Assembly (NCBI GenBank): GCA_945834545.1
Contig: CAMAHO010000001.1
Span: forward strand, 1 to 44,954
DNA: 44,954 nucleotides
Direction of reading: 5' to 3'
Source: an uncultured Lachnospiraceae bacterium
GTDB lineage: Bacteria; Bacillota; Clostridia; Lachnospirales; Lachnospiraceae
Below are positions 1-9,302 of this stretch, piece after piece; positions within the stretch are counted from its first letter, which is position 1; every line of letters begins with the position of its first letter. A program made the translations under genes and the position numbers. The notes below the pieces were generated by a model. It worked only from the letters and a program-made list of their open reading frames with translations. It did not search any database and was not told where the DNA came from.

Positions 1-160
1 AGGCACACAAATCCGAGATGGGAGTTAAAAATAAAATAATCCTTAATTTCTTTTTTATATTTTTTAAAGGAATTAGACACACTTTAGACACAATTAATGG
101 GTAGTATATGTACAAGATAGTTGATGATTTCACTATCTCCCCCCCTCATAAGAAATCACG

Positions 161-197
161 AGAATGCCACACCGAAAGGTGTGGCATTCTTGTTTTT
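161..197 (+). terminator. Rho-independent terminator
   Basis: Perfect 13-bp stem AGAATGCCACACC-gaaa-GGTGTGGCATTCT followed by TGTTTTT. Confidence 0.8.
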
Positions 198-285
198 CAG
201 GATTCTTTTCGTGATAAGGAGTACTCGCATCCTGGGGATATGCAATTATTTCATTGTAACAGTTATCAATTTAGGGTACAATAAA

Positions 286-738
286 AGCGCACTTCACGAT
301 ATTGGAAAGCTGATGATACCGGACAGTATTCTTATGAAACCGGGGAAGCTTACCAACGAAGAATTTGAAGTCATTAAGTCACATTCCATCTATGGCTTTG
401 ATGTGTTGGAGGCTGTAGGGGATGTGTGGGGTGAGGAGTATACCAGGATAGCCAGAGAGATTACCGGGTGGCATCACGAAAAATATGATGGAAAAGGATA
501 TCCGGACGGTTTGGTGGGAGAGAATATCCCGATTTCAGCGCAAATTGTATCCCTGGCGGATTGCTATGATTCATTGACTACGGACAGGGTGTTCCGTGAG
601 GCGTATTCCTTGGAGGAAGCCTATCATATGATTCGAAAGGGGAACTGCGGTGTCTTTTCCCCTAAGCTTTTAAGAGTTTTTGAGAAGGCAAAGGAGGAAT
701 TTGAAAAGGTAGTTACTGAACTTAAGGATGGGGAATAA
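286..738 (+). pseudogene. N-terminally truncated HD-GYP (c-di-GMP phosphodiesterase-type) domain
   Basis: Motifs SALHDIGK, KPGKLT, HHEKYDGKGYP, ADCYD. The 55 codons upstream in the ORF are non-homologous and cross the terminator. The first ATG downstream of the terminator (313) lies after the HD motif. Confidence 0.7.
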
Positions 739-833
739 GGTCTTTCCTTCGGAAAACTCCGTACTATTTATGAAAAAAGGCTATACTACTTTCATAAAAT
801 GAGATATATTGATAAGGTATGGAGGAGAACGAT

Positions 834-2294
834 ATGAGATTAGAGACGCTGTTGCAGGAAATAGAATATGAATGTGTTCAGGGGAGCCTGGACAAGGAAA
901 TCAGAGCGTTGGTGTATGACTCCAGAAAGGTGCAGCAGGGCTCTGTTTTTGTGTGCATAAGAGGGATGAACTATGATGGACACGACTATGTGAAGGAAGT
1001 GGTATCCAAGGGTGCGGTTGCAGTCGTGGTGGAACGTGAGATTGAAAAAATGCCGGAAACAGTCACTGTGATACAGGTACGGGATACGCGATATGCCCTT
1101 GCTTTTTTATCTGCATCCTGGTTTTCTCATCCCGCAGACAAGTTGAAAATTATTGGAATAACGGGTACTAAGGGGAAAACCACTACTACATACATGGTGA
1201 AGTCTATTTTAGAAGCCGCCGGCAGAAAAGTGGGTTTGATAGGAACCATAGAGAGCATTATTGGAGAAAGCCATAAACCCAGTGCTAACACGACACCGGA
1301 ATCTTACATCCTTCAGGAAACCTTTAAGGACATGGTAGAGGCAGGATTGGATACCGTGGTAATGGAGGTATCCTCACAAGCCCTAAAGCTCCACAGAACA
1401 CAGGGCTTTGTGTTTGATTACGGAATTTTTACAAACCTGGAGCCGGATCATATTGGTCCGGGGGAACACGAGAGCTTTGAGGAATATGCTGCCTGCAAGG
1501 GACTTTTGTTTAAACAGTGCAGGGTTGGCATTATTAATGGGGATGATACACATGCACAAGCGATTTTAGCCGGACATACCTGCAAGGTGATTACCTATGG
1601 TCTAAAGGAAGGGAATGACCTGCAGGCCACGGCACTTTCCCTGTCCCACAGACCGGGAGCCTTAGGGGTATGCTTTGAGACGAAGGGATTGTTGCAGTCT
1701 TCCATAGAGGTATCCAGCCCGGGACAGTTCAGTGTGTATAATGCCCTTACTGCAATTGCAATTTGCCTGCAGTTTGGCGTTCCCAAGGAGGCAATTCAAA
1801 AAGCTCTTCTGGAGGTCAAGGTCAAAGGGCGAATTGAGATGGTAAAAGTGTCTGAGGACTTTACTTTTTTGATTGATTATGCCCACAATGCCATGGCGCT
1901 CAAAAGCTTGCTTGTGACACTTCGGGAGTATCAGCCCCATCGCTTAATCTGCCTTTTTGGCTGTGGGGGGAATCGTTCCAAAATTCGTCGTTATGAGATG
2001 GGGGAGGTCAGCGGAACCCTTGCAGATTTGACAATCATAACCTCGGATAACCCCAGATTTGAGGAACCTATGGACATTATAGAGGATATCAAAACCGGCA
2101 TCCGTAAAACAGAGGGCAAGTATTTGGCTATTTGTGATAGAAAGGAAGCCATTCGGTATGCGATTTCCCATGGCGAGAAGGGAGATATCATCGTTTTAGC
2201 AGGCAAAGGGCACGAAGACTATCAGGAAATCAAAGGGGTGAAGTACCCTATGGACGAAAGGGAATTAATCAGACAGATTTTGGCGGGAGAATAG
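834..2294 (+). CDS. murE: UDP-N-acetylmuramoyl-L-alanyl-D-glutamate--2,6-diaminopimelate ligase
   Basis: DSRKV, ITGTKGKTTT P-loop, MEVSS, DYAHN, DNPR (meso-DAP specificity), AGKGHE. GGAGGA RBS before ATG 834. Confidence 0.95.
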   Translation: MRLETLLQEIEYECVQGSLDKEIRALVYDSRKVQQGSVFVCIRGMNYDGHDYVKEVVSKGAVAVVVEREIEKMPETVTVIQVRDTRYALAFLSASWFSHPADKLKIIGITGTKGKTTTTYMVKSILEAAGRKVGLIGTIESIIGESHKPSANTTPESYILQETFKDMVEAGLDTVVMEVSSQALKLHRTQGFVFDYGIFTNLEPDHIGPGEHESFEEYAACKGLLFKQCRVGIINGDDTHAQAILAGHTCKVITYGLKEGNDLQATALSLSHRPGALGVCFETKGLLQSSIEVSSPGQFSVYNALTAIAICLQFGVPKEAIQKALLEVKVKGRIEMVKVSEDFTFLIDYAHNAMALKSLLVTLREYQPHRLICLFGCGGNRSKIRRYEMGEVSGTLADLTIITSDNPRFEEPMDIIEDIKTGIRKTEGKYLAICDRKEAIRYAISHGEKGDIIVLAGKGHEDYQEIKGVKYPMDERELIRQILAGE

Positions 2295-2309
2295 TAAAGG
2301 AACAGAAGG

Positions 2310-4547
2310 ATGTACGCAGATATTATTATTTCCATCTCTCATGAGAAACTTGACAGAAGCTTTCAGTATCGGGTGCCGGCCTCGTTGGAATCCAAAATCG
2401 AGGTTGGAAGCTGCGTCAGAATACCCTTTGGACGGGGCAACAAGGAAATCACCGGCTATTGCATCGGGTTGTCTGAGACGGCCAACTTTCCCGAGTCTCA
2501 GTTAAAGGATATTCTGGGTTTGGAAAAGAAGTCAGCCCTGGTAGAAGAAAAGCTGCTTTCTCTTGCGGGGTGGATTAAGAAATATTATGGTTCCACTATG
2601 ATACAGGCGCTAAAGACGGTACTGCCGGCAAAGGAAACCATTGCAAAACAGGTAAAAAGAACAGTCCATCTGGCTGCAGAGGAAGAAAAAGCAAGAGCCT
2701 GTCTATATGAATACAGAAGGAAAAAACAAAGTGCGAAGGAAAGACTTCTCACAGAATTAATAGAGGAAAAGGAACTTCCCGGAGAACTGGTATCAGGAAA
2801 GCTGCACATTTCAGCGGCTACCCTGGAGAGCCTGGAAAAGGAAGGGCTGATTCGCATCACCACCGAGAATACCTATAGAGACCCGGTAAAGCAGGAGGCG
2901 CTTTCAGAAGAAAGGCTCTTCTTAAGTGAGGAGCAGAGCAGGGCAGTAAATCAGGTGATAGAGGATTTCGATAAGGGATGTCCTCAAACCTACCTGGTAC
3001 ACGGCATCACCGGTAGCGGGAAGACGCAAGTATATATCTCCTTGATCGAGGAAATGATACGAAGAGGTCGTCAGGCTATCGTCTTGATTCCTGAAATAGC
3101 CCTGACCTATCAGACCTTGATGCGTTTTTATAAACGATTTCCCGGCAGGGTAAGTGTGATGAACTCCACCTTGTCCAAAGGGGAAAAATATGACCAGTGT
3201 GAAAGGGCAAAAAACGGGGATATCGATGTGATTATCGGTCCAAGATCAGCCCTTTTTACCCCCTTTCCCAATCTTGGCTTGATTATTTTGGATGAGGAAC
3301 ACGAGAGCAGCTACAAAAGTGAAACCACTCCCAAATATCACGCCAGGGAGACGGCTATAAGGCTGGCTGCCATGCATGGGGCAAGCGTCGTTTTAGGCTC
3401 TGCCACACCCTCCATAGGCAGCTATTATCAGGCAAAGAGGGGGAAGTTTAAGCTGCTAACGCTTACCAAGAGGTTGACCGGGGGGGAGCTCCCTACAGTC
3501 TATATTACAGATATGCGGGAGGAACTTCGAAACGGCAACCGCAGTGTCTATTCCTTAAAGCTGCAGGAATTGATGGCGGATCGTCTGCAAAAGGGCCAGC
3601 AGATTATGCTGTTTCTTAACCGCAGAGGGCTGGCGGGATTTGTCAGCTGCAGGAGCTGTGGAGAGGTTATGAAATGCCCACACTGCAGTGTAGCCCTGTC
3701 GGAGCATAGAGGGAAACGGCTGCTATGTCATTACTGTGGATACGAGACGGCGAAGCCGGATGTATGCCCAAAGTGTGGCTCCAAGTATTTTATGGGACTA
3801 AAGGCCGGGACTCAGCAGCTGGAGGACAGTTTGAAAAAGCTGTTTCCTCAAGTGAAAACTCTTCGCATGGACAAGGACACCACCAAGACAAAGGAGAGCT
3901 ATGAGCAGATTTTGGAAGCTTTTGCCAGACATGAAGCAGATGTTTTGATTGGAACCCAGATGATTGTCAAGGGACACGATTTTCCCAATGTGACCTTGGT
4001 AGGGGTGGTAATGGCTGATTTATCACTTGGGCAAAGTGATTTCAGGGCAGGGGAGAGAACCTTTCAATTAGTCACCCAAGCGGTGGGGCGAGCCGGTAGG
4101 GGAACCTTGCCGGGGGAAGCCGTGATACAGACCTATCAACCGGATAACTATGCCATTACCTTTGCTGCTGCCCAGGATTATGAGGGCTTCTACGAAGAAG
4201 AGCTGGTGTATCGCCAATTAGGGGGATATCCTCCGGTTGAGCATATGCTGGCGGTACAGATTTTTTCCCCAGACAGGGAACTGGGGGAGGGACTTGCACA
4301 GGACTTGGCGGCTATGGTAAAATCCCTTACGCAACAGCACGAGACACTGAGTAACGTATTTCTTCTAGGGCCTGCCCCGGGGAGTATAGAAAAGGTGAAT
4401 GATGTCTATCGCTTTGCCTTTTATCTAAAGGCAAAGGAGTATGGAAAGCTGGTGGCAATCAAAGATTGTATCGAGCAAAGCAGAAGGGATAAGGAGTCCG
4501 GAAGGGTTAGTATCCAGTATGATTTTGATCCCTTAAACACGCTTTGA
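2310..4547 (+). CDS. priA: Primosomal protein N' (replication restart helicase)
   Basis: GITGSGKT, DEEHE, GSATPS, four CxxC Zn motifs, GTQMIVKGHDFP, QAVGRAGR. Confidence 0.97.
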   Translation: MYADIIISISHEKLDRSFQYRVPASLESKIEVGSCVRIPFGRGNKEITGYCIGLSETANFPESQLKDILGLEKKSALVEEKLLSLAGWIKKYYGSTMIQALKTVLPAKETIAKQVKRTVHLAAEEEKARACLYEYRRKKQSAKERLLTELIEEKELPGELVSGKLHISAATLESLEKEGLIRITTENTYRDPVKQEALSEERLFLSEEQSRAVNQVIEDFDKGCPQTYLVHGITGSGKTQVYISLIEEMIRRGRQAIVLIPEIALTYQTLMRFYKRFPGRVSVMNSTLSKGEKYDQCERAKNGDIDVIIGPRSALFTPFPNLGLIILDEEHESSYKSETTPKYHARETAIRLAAMHGASVVLGSATPSIGSYYQAKRGKFKLLTLTKRLTGGELPTVYITDMREELRNGNRSVYSLKLQELMADRLQKGQQIMLFLNRRGLAGFVSCRSCGEVMKCPHCSVALSEHRGKRLLCHYCGYETAKPDVCPKCGSKYFMGLKAGTQQLEDSLKKLFPQVKTLRMDKDTTKTKESYEQILEAFARHEADVLIGTQMIVKGHDFPNVTLVGVVMADLSLGQSDFRAGERTFQLVTQAVGRAGRGTLPGEAVIQTYQPDNYAITFAAAQDYEGFYEEELVYRQLGGYPPVEHMLAVQIFSPDRELGEGLAQDLAAMVKSLTQQHETLSNVFLLGPAPGSIEKVNDVYRFAFYLKAKEYGKLVAIKDCIEQSRRDKESGRVSIQYDFDPLNTL

Positions 4548-4580
4548 CGGCATAAAAACAGATAGAAAAGAGGAAGAAAC

Positions 4581-5063
4581 ATGGCAATACGTAATATTCG
4601 TGAAATTGGTGATGAAATATTAAATAAGAGCTGTAAGGAAATTACACAGATGACGCCCAGAACATTGGATTTGATCGAGGATATGCTGGAGACTATGTAT
4701 GCAGCAAACGGTGTAGGACTGGCTGCACCTCAGGTAGGAATCCTAAAGAGGATTGTGGTAATTGATGTGACCGGGGATGAGCCATATGTTCTGATTAATC
4801 CAAAGATTGTGGAACAAAGCGGAGAGCAGACCGGCCAAGAGGGCTGCCTTAGCGTACCGGGAAAAAGCGGGACTGTGACCAGACCCAATTATGTCAAGGT
4901 GGTGGCACAGGATGTAGACCTAAAGACCTTTGAACTGGAGGGTACAGAGCTTCTGGCCAGAGCAATCTGTCATGAATTAGATCACCTGGATGGACATTTG
5001 TATGTGGAAAAGGTAGAAGGGGAGCTTCATACCGTTATGCCAAACGAGGGAGAGGAAGAATAA
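4581..5063 (+). CDS. def: Peptide deformylase
   Basis: GVGLAAPQVG, EGCLS and HELDHLDG motifs. Confidence 0.97.
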   Translation: MAIRNIREIGDEILNKSCKEITQMTPRTLDLIEDMLETMYAANGVGLAAPQVGILKRIVVIDVTGDEPYVLINPKIVEQSGEQTGQEGCLSVPGKSGTVTRPNYVKVVAQDVDLKTFELEGTELLARAICHELDHLDGHLYVEKVEGELHTVMPNEGEEE

Positions 5064-5064
5064 G

Positions 5065-5988
5065 ATGAATATCGTTTTTATGGGCACGCCGGATTTTGCT
5101 GTGTCCGCCTTGGAGGCGCTGTTAAAAGCCGGACATAACATAAAGCTGGTTGTAACCCAGCCGGATAAACCAAAGGGAAGGAGCGGAGCATTGGCTTTTC
5201 CGCCGGTAAAGGAATGTGCCTTAAAGCACGGCTTACCGGTGTTTCAGCCGGTTCGTATTAAAACTGCGGAAAATGTGGAATATTTAAGGCAGTATGAAGC
5301 AGATGTGTATGTGGTAGCTGCCTTTGGGCAGATTTTGTCTCAGGAAATACTGGATATGCCCAGACTTGGCTGCATCAATATCCATGCTTCTCTTCTGCCG
5401 AAATATCGTGGCTCTTCCCCCATCCAAAGGGCCATTCTGGATGGAGAAGAAAAAACCGGTGTCACCATTATGCAGATGGATATTGGGGTAGATACCGGTG
5501 ATATGCTGTACAAGAAGGAATATGTGATAAAGCCTACAGATACCTTTGAGTCCCTGCATGATGAACTGGCAGTGCTTGGAGGGCAGGCGATAGTGGAAGC
5601 CCTTGCTTTGCTTAAGGAGGGCAAATTGATTCCGGAGAAACAAAGAGATGAGGATTCCTGCAAGGCACCTATGATCTCAAAGGAAATGGGGCTTTTAAAT
5701 TTCTGCGATTCCGCTGCAAAGCTGGACAGGCAAATTAGGGGCTTGAATCCCTGGCCCAGCGCCTTTACCAAATATCAGGGAAAAACCTTGAAGATCTGGA
5801 GAGCCGTTCCTGTGGAAGGGACAGGGGAACCGGGAGAAATCTTGCTGGTGGAGAAGGATTCCTTTGTGGTGGCCTGCGGTGAGAATGCACTTTGCATTTA
5901 TGAGCTTCAGTTAGAAGGGAAAAAGAGGATGAACTCTCACGATTTTCTCTTAGGGCAAAAGGTCCGGCCGGGAGAACGGTTAGGGTAG
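5065..5988 (+). CDS. fmt: Methionyl-tRNA formyltransferase
   Basis: IVFMGTPDF, VVTQPDKP, NIHASLLPKYRGSSPI; follows def. Confidence 0.97.
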   Translation: MNIVFMGTPDFAVSALEALLKAGHNIKLVVTQPDKPKGRSGALAFPPVKECALKHGLPVFQPVRIKTAENVEYLRQYEADVYVVAAFGQILSQEILDMPRLGCINIHASLLPKYRGSSPIQRAILDGEEKTGVTIMQMDIGVDTGDMLYKKEYVIKPTDTFESLHDELAVLGGQAIVEALALLKEGKLIPEKQRDEDSCKAPMISKEMGLLNFCDSAAKLDRQIRGLNPWPSAFTKYQGKTLKIWRAVPVEGTGEPGEILLVEKDSFVVACGENALCIYELQLEGKKRMNSHDFLLGQKVRPGERLG

Positions 5989-6053
5989 AAATAGCGCGAT
6001 AGTATTTATACTTATAGAAATTAGCCTTTTATGTAAGGAGAAGGAGAGCTGGT

Positions 6054-7457
6054 TTGGAGAATGTACGAGAGCTGATATTGGATATCCTGTTGACTCTGGA
6101 GAGGGAGGGCGGTTACTCCAATCAGTTGATTCGGGATGTGCTGGATAAATATGACTATTTGGAGCGAACGAAAAAGGCTTTTATCAAGAGGGTGTGCGAG
6201 GGTACGATTGAGCGCAGGATAGAGCTGGATGATAAGCTGAATCAGATTTCCTCCACACCGGTTTCCAAGATGAAACCCTTCATTCGCTGTCTTTTAAGAA
6301 TGAGCCTTTATCAGATCTTATATATGGATCAGGTGCCGGACAGCGCTGTTTGCAATGAGGCTGTAAAGCTGGCTGTTAAGCGGAAGTTTGGTAATTTGAA
6401 GGGTTATGTAAACGGTGTGCTACGAACTGCCGTCAAAAAGAAGGACAGCTTTACTCTGCCCGATAAGGAGAATCGGGAGGCGTATCTGTCGGTGAAGTAT
6501 TCTATGCCCAGTCAGGTGCTGGCACTCTTAAAGCAGGCCTATGGCTGGGAGCTTACAGAGGAGATTTTGGAGGCACTCTTAGCTGTCCATCCGGTTTGCG
6601 TCCGCTTACCTCTGGGGATGAAAAAAGAGGACAGGGACGCGGTAGTGCGGGAAATGGAAAAGACCGGAGGGCGTTGCCTATGGACCACCTACCGAGAGAA
6701 CCAGTTTTTCCTGGAAAACGCAGACAATCTATCCAGGCTGCAAAGCTTTACCCAGGGAAAGTGTACTGTGCAGGATGTGAGCTCTGCCCTGGCGGTGGAT
6801 GCGGCAGGAGTGAAACAGGGAGATATTGTGATTGATGCCTGTAGTGCTCCCGGCGGAAAAGCTGTGATGGCAGCGGAATATGCCGGAGAAAGAGGGCAAG
6901 TGTACGCCTTTGATATTTCTGAGGGGAAATGTGGTCGTATTGAAGAGAATGCCAAACGAATGCACTTAGACACCATTTCAGTTGGGATAAACGATGCCAG
7001 GACACCCAGAAAGGAGCTTTTTGGAAAGGCGGATGTTCTTCTGTTGGATGTACCCTGCTCCGGCTTAGGAATTATGGGGAAAAAGAGGGATATCAAATAT
7101 CACTTCGAACCGGAGAATCTGCCTAAGCTGTATGGCTTACAAAGGGACATTGTGGAAAAAAGCTTAGCTTATTTAAAGCCCGGAGGAACTCTTTTATACA
7201 GCACTTGTACGCTTAACCCCGCAGAAAATCAGGAGATGGTAGAGTGGATTCTTACTTTGCCGGGAATGGAGCAGGTGTCTATCCGGGACAGTGTGCCGGA
7301 CAGACTTTGGCTGGAGAGAAGTAAGGTGATTGAGAAGCTTGAGGCAGTTGGCGCAGCAGCTCTAAGGGACAATAGTGTGCTTTGTCTTCCGGGAGTGATG
7401 GAAATGGATGGATTTTTCTTTGCAAAATTTAGAAAGCGCAAGGGAGAGGAAGGATGA
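6054..7457 (+). CDS. rsmB: 16S rRNA m5C967 methyltransferase
   Basis: NusB-like N-terminus (YVNGVLR), DACSAPGGK, DVPCSG, YSTCT. TTG start after AAGGAG. Confidence 0.93.
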   Translation: MENVRELILDILLTLEREGGYSNQLIRDVLDKYDYLERTKKAFIKRVCEGTIERRIELDDKLNQISSTPVSKMKPFIRCLLRMSLYQILYMDQVPDSAVCNEAVKLAVKRKFGNLKGYVNGVLRTAVKKKDSFTLPDKENREAYLSVKYSMPSQVLALLKQAYGWELTEEILEALLAVHPVCVRLPLGMKKEDRDAVVREMEKTGGRCLWTTYRENQFFLENADNLSRLQSFTQGKCTVQDVSSALAVDAAGVKQGDIVIDACSAPGGKAVMAAEYAGERGQVYAFDISEGKCGRIEENAKRMHLDTISVGINDARTPRKELFGKADVLLLDVPCSGLGIMGKKRDIKYHFEPENLPKLYGLQRDIVEKSLAYLKPGGTLLYSTCTLNPAENQEMVEWILTLPGMEQVSIRDSVPDRLWLERSKVIEKLEAVGAAALRDNSVLCLPGVMEMDGFFFAKFRKRKGEEG

Positions 7458-8482
7458 AAGACATCAAATCAATGACCCTTGAGGAATTGACGGAGGAAGT
7501 GCAAGACCTTGGGGAGAAAGCCTTTCGGGGAACACAGCTTTATGAATGGATGCATAAAAAACTGGCAGTAGACTTTGGGGAGATGACCAATCTTTCAGAA
7601 AAGCTAAGGAGCAGACTGTCAGAAGAATATGAATATACCACTCTTTCTGTAGTGACTACCAGGGAGTCAGAAAAGAAGGACACCAGGAAGTTCCTGTTTG
7701 AACTGGCAGATGGGAACCGGATTGAGAGTGTATGGATGAAGTACCATCACGGCAACAGTGTGTGCATTTCATCCCAGGTGGGGTGCCGTATGGGATGTCG
7801 TTTCTGCGCGTCCACTTTGGATGGCCTGGAGCGGAATCTGACGGCATCAGAGATGCTGGAACAAATCTATGCAATTACACGACTGACCGGCGAGAGAGTT
7901 TCCAATGTAGTAGTCATGGGAACGGGGGAGCCACTTGACAATTTTGAGAATTTGATACGATTTATAGCACTGCTAACCAGTGAGAAGGGACTTCATATAA
8001 GTGCCAGAAATATCACTGTCTCCACCTGCGGAATAGTTCCTCAGATGAAACGGCTGGCAGAGGAAAAACTACAGATTACATTGGCACTGAGTTTGCATGC
8101 CACCACGGATGAGAAAAGAAAGAAATTAATGCCTATAGCCAATGCTTATTCCATAAACGAGCTTATGGATGCCTGCAAGTATTATTTTGAACAGACAGGG
8201 CGCCGAATCAGCTTTGAGTATAGCTTGGTAGGAGGTGTCAATGACACAGATGAAGATGCAAGTCAACTTATTGTACTCGCACGGTCAGTGGGAGCACATG
8301 TCAATTTGATTCCCGTTAACCCTATTGAAGAAAGGGATTATGTGCAATCCGGAGCAAAGAGAGTAAGGAGCTTTTTGCAGAAGTTGGAAAAAGGACATAT
8401 CAATGCCACGGTGAGGAGAGAGATGGGAAGGGATATTGACGGCGCCTGCGGACAGCTGCGCAGGAGGATGAAAGGCGAATAG
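7454..8482 (+). CDS. rlmN: Radical SAM 23S rRNA m2A2503 methyltransferase
   Basis: CRMGCRFC, MGTGEPL, SLHA, DIDGACGQL; 4-bp overlap with rsmB. Confidence 0.95.
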   Translation: MKDIKSMTLEELTEEVQDLGEKAFRGTQLYEWMHKKLAVDFGEMTNLSEKLRSRLSEEYEYTTLSVVTTRESEKKDTRKFLFELADGNRIESVWMKYHHGNSVCISSQVGCRMGCRFCASTLDGLERNLTASEMLEQIYAITRLTGERVSNVVVMGTGEPLDNFENLIRFIALLTSEKGLHISARNITVSTCGIVPQMKRLAEEKLQITLALSLHATTDEKRKKLMPIANAYSINELMDACKYYFEQTGRRISFEYSLVGGVNDTDEDASQLIVLARSVGAHVNLIPVNPIEERDYVQSGAKRVRSFLQKLEKGHINATVRREMGRDIDGACGQLRRRMKGE

Positions 8483-8483
8483 T

Positions 8484-8512
8484 TTGCTTTTTTGTGTGGG
8501 TCGTGATAAAAT
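8484..8512 (+). promoter_or_regulatory. Sigma-A promoter for stp-prkC-rsgA
   Basis: TTGCTT-17 nt-TAAAAT with extended -10 TG. Confidence 0.65.
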
Positions 8513-8559
8513 CAGATGGATTATGGAGAGGTGTTTCCTAATTAGGAGGATAGGCTGTC

Positions 8560-9285
8560 ATGACAGTATTTTCATTGTCCGATGTGGGACAAAAGAGGAC
8601 AATAAATCAGGATTTTATCTATACTAGTATTACTTCTATAGGTCTTCTGCCGAATCTTTTTCTGGTGGCAGACGGGATGGGGGGCCATAAAGCGGGTGAT
8701 TTTGCTTCGCGAAAGACCGTTGAGATTATGGTAGAGGAAATCGAAGGCAACAGCAAGGAGAGTCCAGTTGTAGTCTTACGGGAAGCCATCGAAAAAGCAA
8801 ATGATGCAATTTACCGGTTGGCAAGCCAAGATGAGGATATGGAAGGCATGGGGACGACTCTGGTCGCAGCTTCTTTAATCGGAGATCGTCTGCAGGTAGC
8901 AAATGTTGGAGACAGCAGACTTTACGTCATAGGGGAGGAAATAACGCAGATAACGGTGGATCATTCTCTGGTGGAGGAGATGGTTCGGGTTGGAACAATA
9001 GATAAAGAGATGGCAAAGAGCCATCCCAGAAAAAACATCATTACAAGAGCAGTAGGTGTTATGCCTACGATACAGCCGGATTTCTTTACGGTTACCATTA
9101 AGAAGGGTGAGCAAGTATTGCTCTGTACAGATGGACTCACAAACATGCTGGAGGATGAAGAGATTTCCAAGATTGTGAAATCCAGGGGGACAGTAGAAGA
9201 GAAGGTAAAGACTTTGGTAGCAGAGGCAAACAGACGCGGAGGAAAGGATAATATATCCGTAGTTTTGCTGGATCCCGCATTTTAA
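8560..9285 (+). CDS. stp: PP2C-family Ser/Thr phosphatase (Stp1/PrpC)
   Basis: NQD, VADGMGGH, NVGDSR, LCTDGL, GGKDNIS; directly upstream of a PASTA kinase. Confidence 0.93.
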   Translation: MTVFSLSDVGQKRTINQDFIYTSITSIGLLPNLFLVADGMGGHKAGDFASRKTVEIMVEEIEGNSKESPVVVLREAIEKANDAIYRLASQDEDMEGMGTTLVAASLIGDRLQVANVGDSRLYVIGEEITQITVDHSLVEEMVRVGTIDKEMAKSHPRKNIITRAVGVMPTIQPDFFTVTIKKGEQVLLCTDGLTNMLEDEEISKIVKSRGTVEEKVKTLVAEANRRGGKDNISVVLLDPAF

Positions 9286-9302
9286 CAGAATGGAGAGAGA
9301 AT

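Noticed and set aside
125-150. tRNA gene
   Set aside because: No cloverleaf or T-loop GTTCGA; at most a degenerate 3'-end-like fragment.
121-285. N-terminal 55 codons of the 205-aa ORF
   Set aside because: They run through a terminator, lack an RBS and have no HD-GYP-like sequence.
767-799. Inverted repeat TTTATGAAA...TTTCATAAA upstream of murE
   Set aside because: AT-only 9-bp arms; cannot be told apart from chance or assigned a function.
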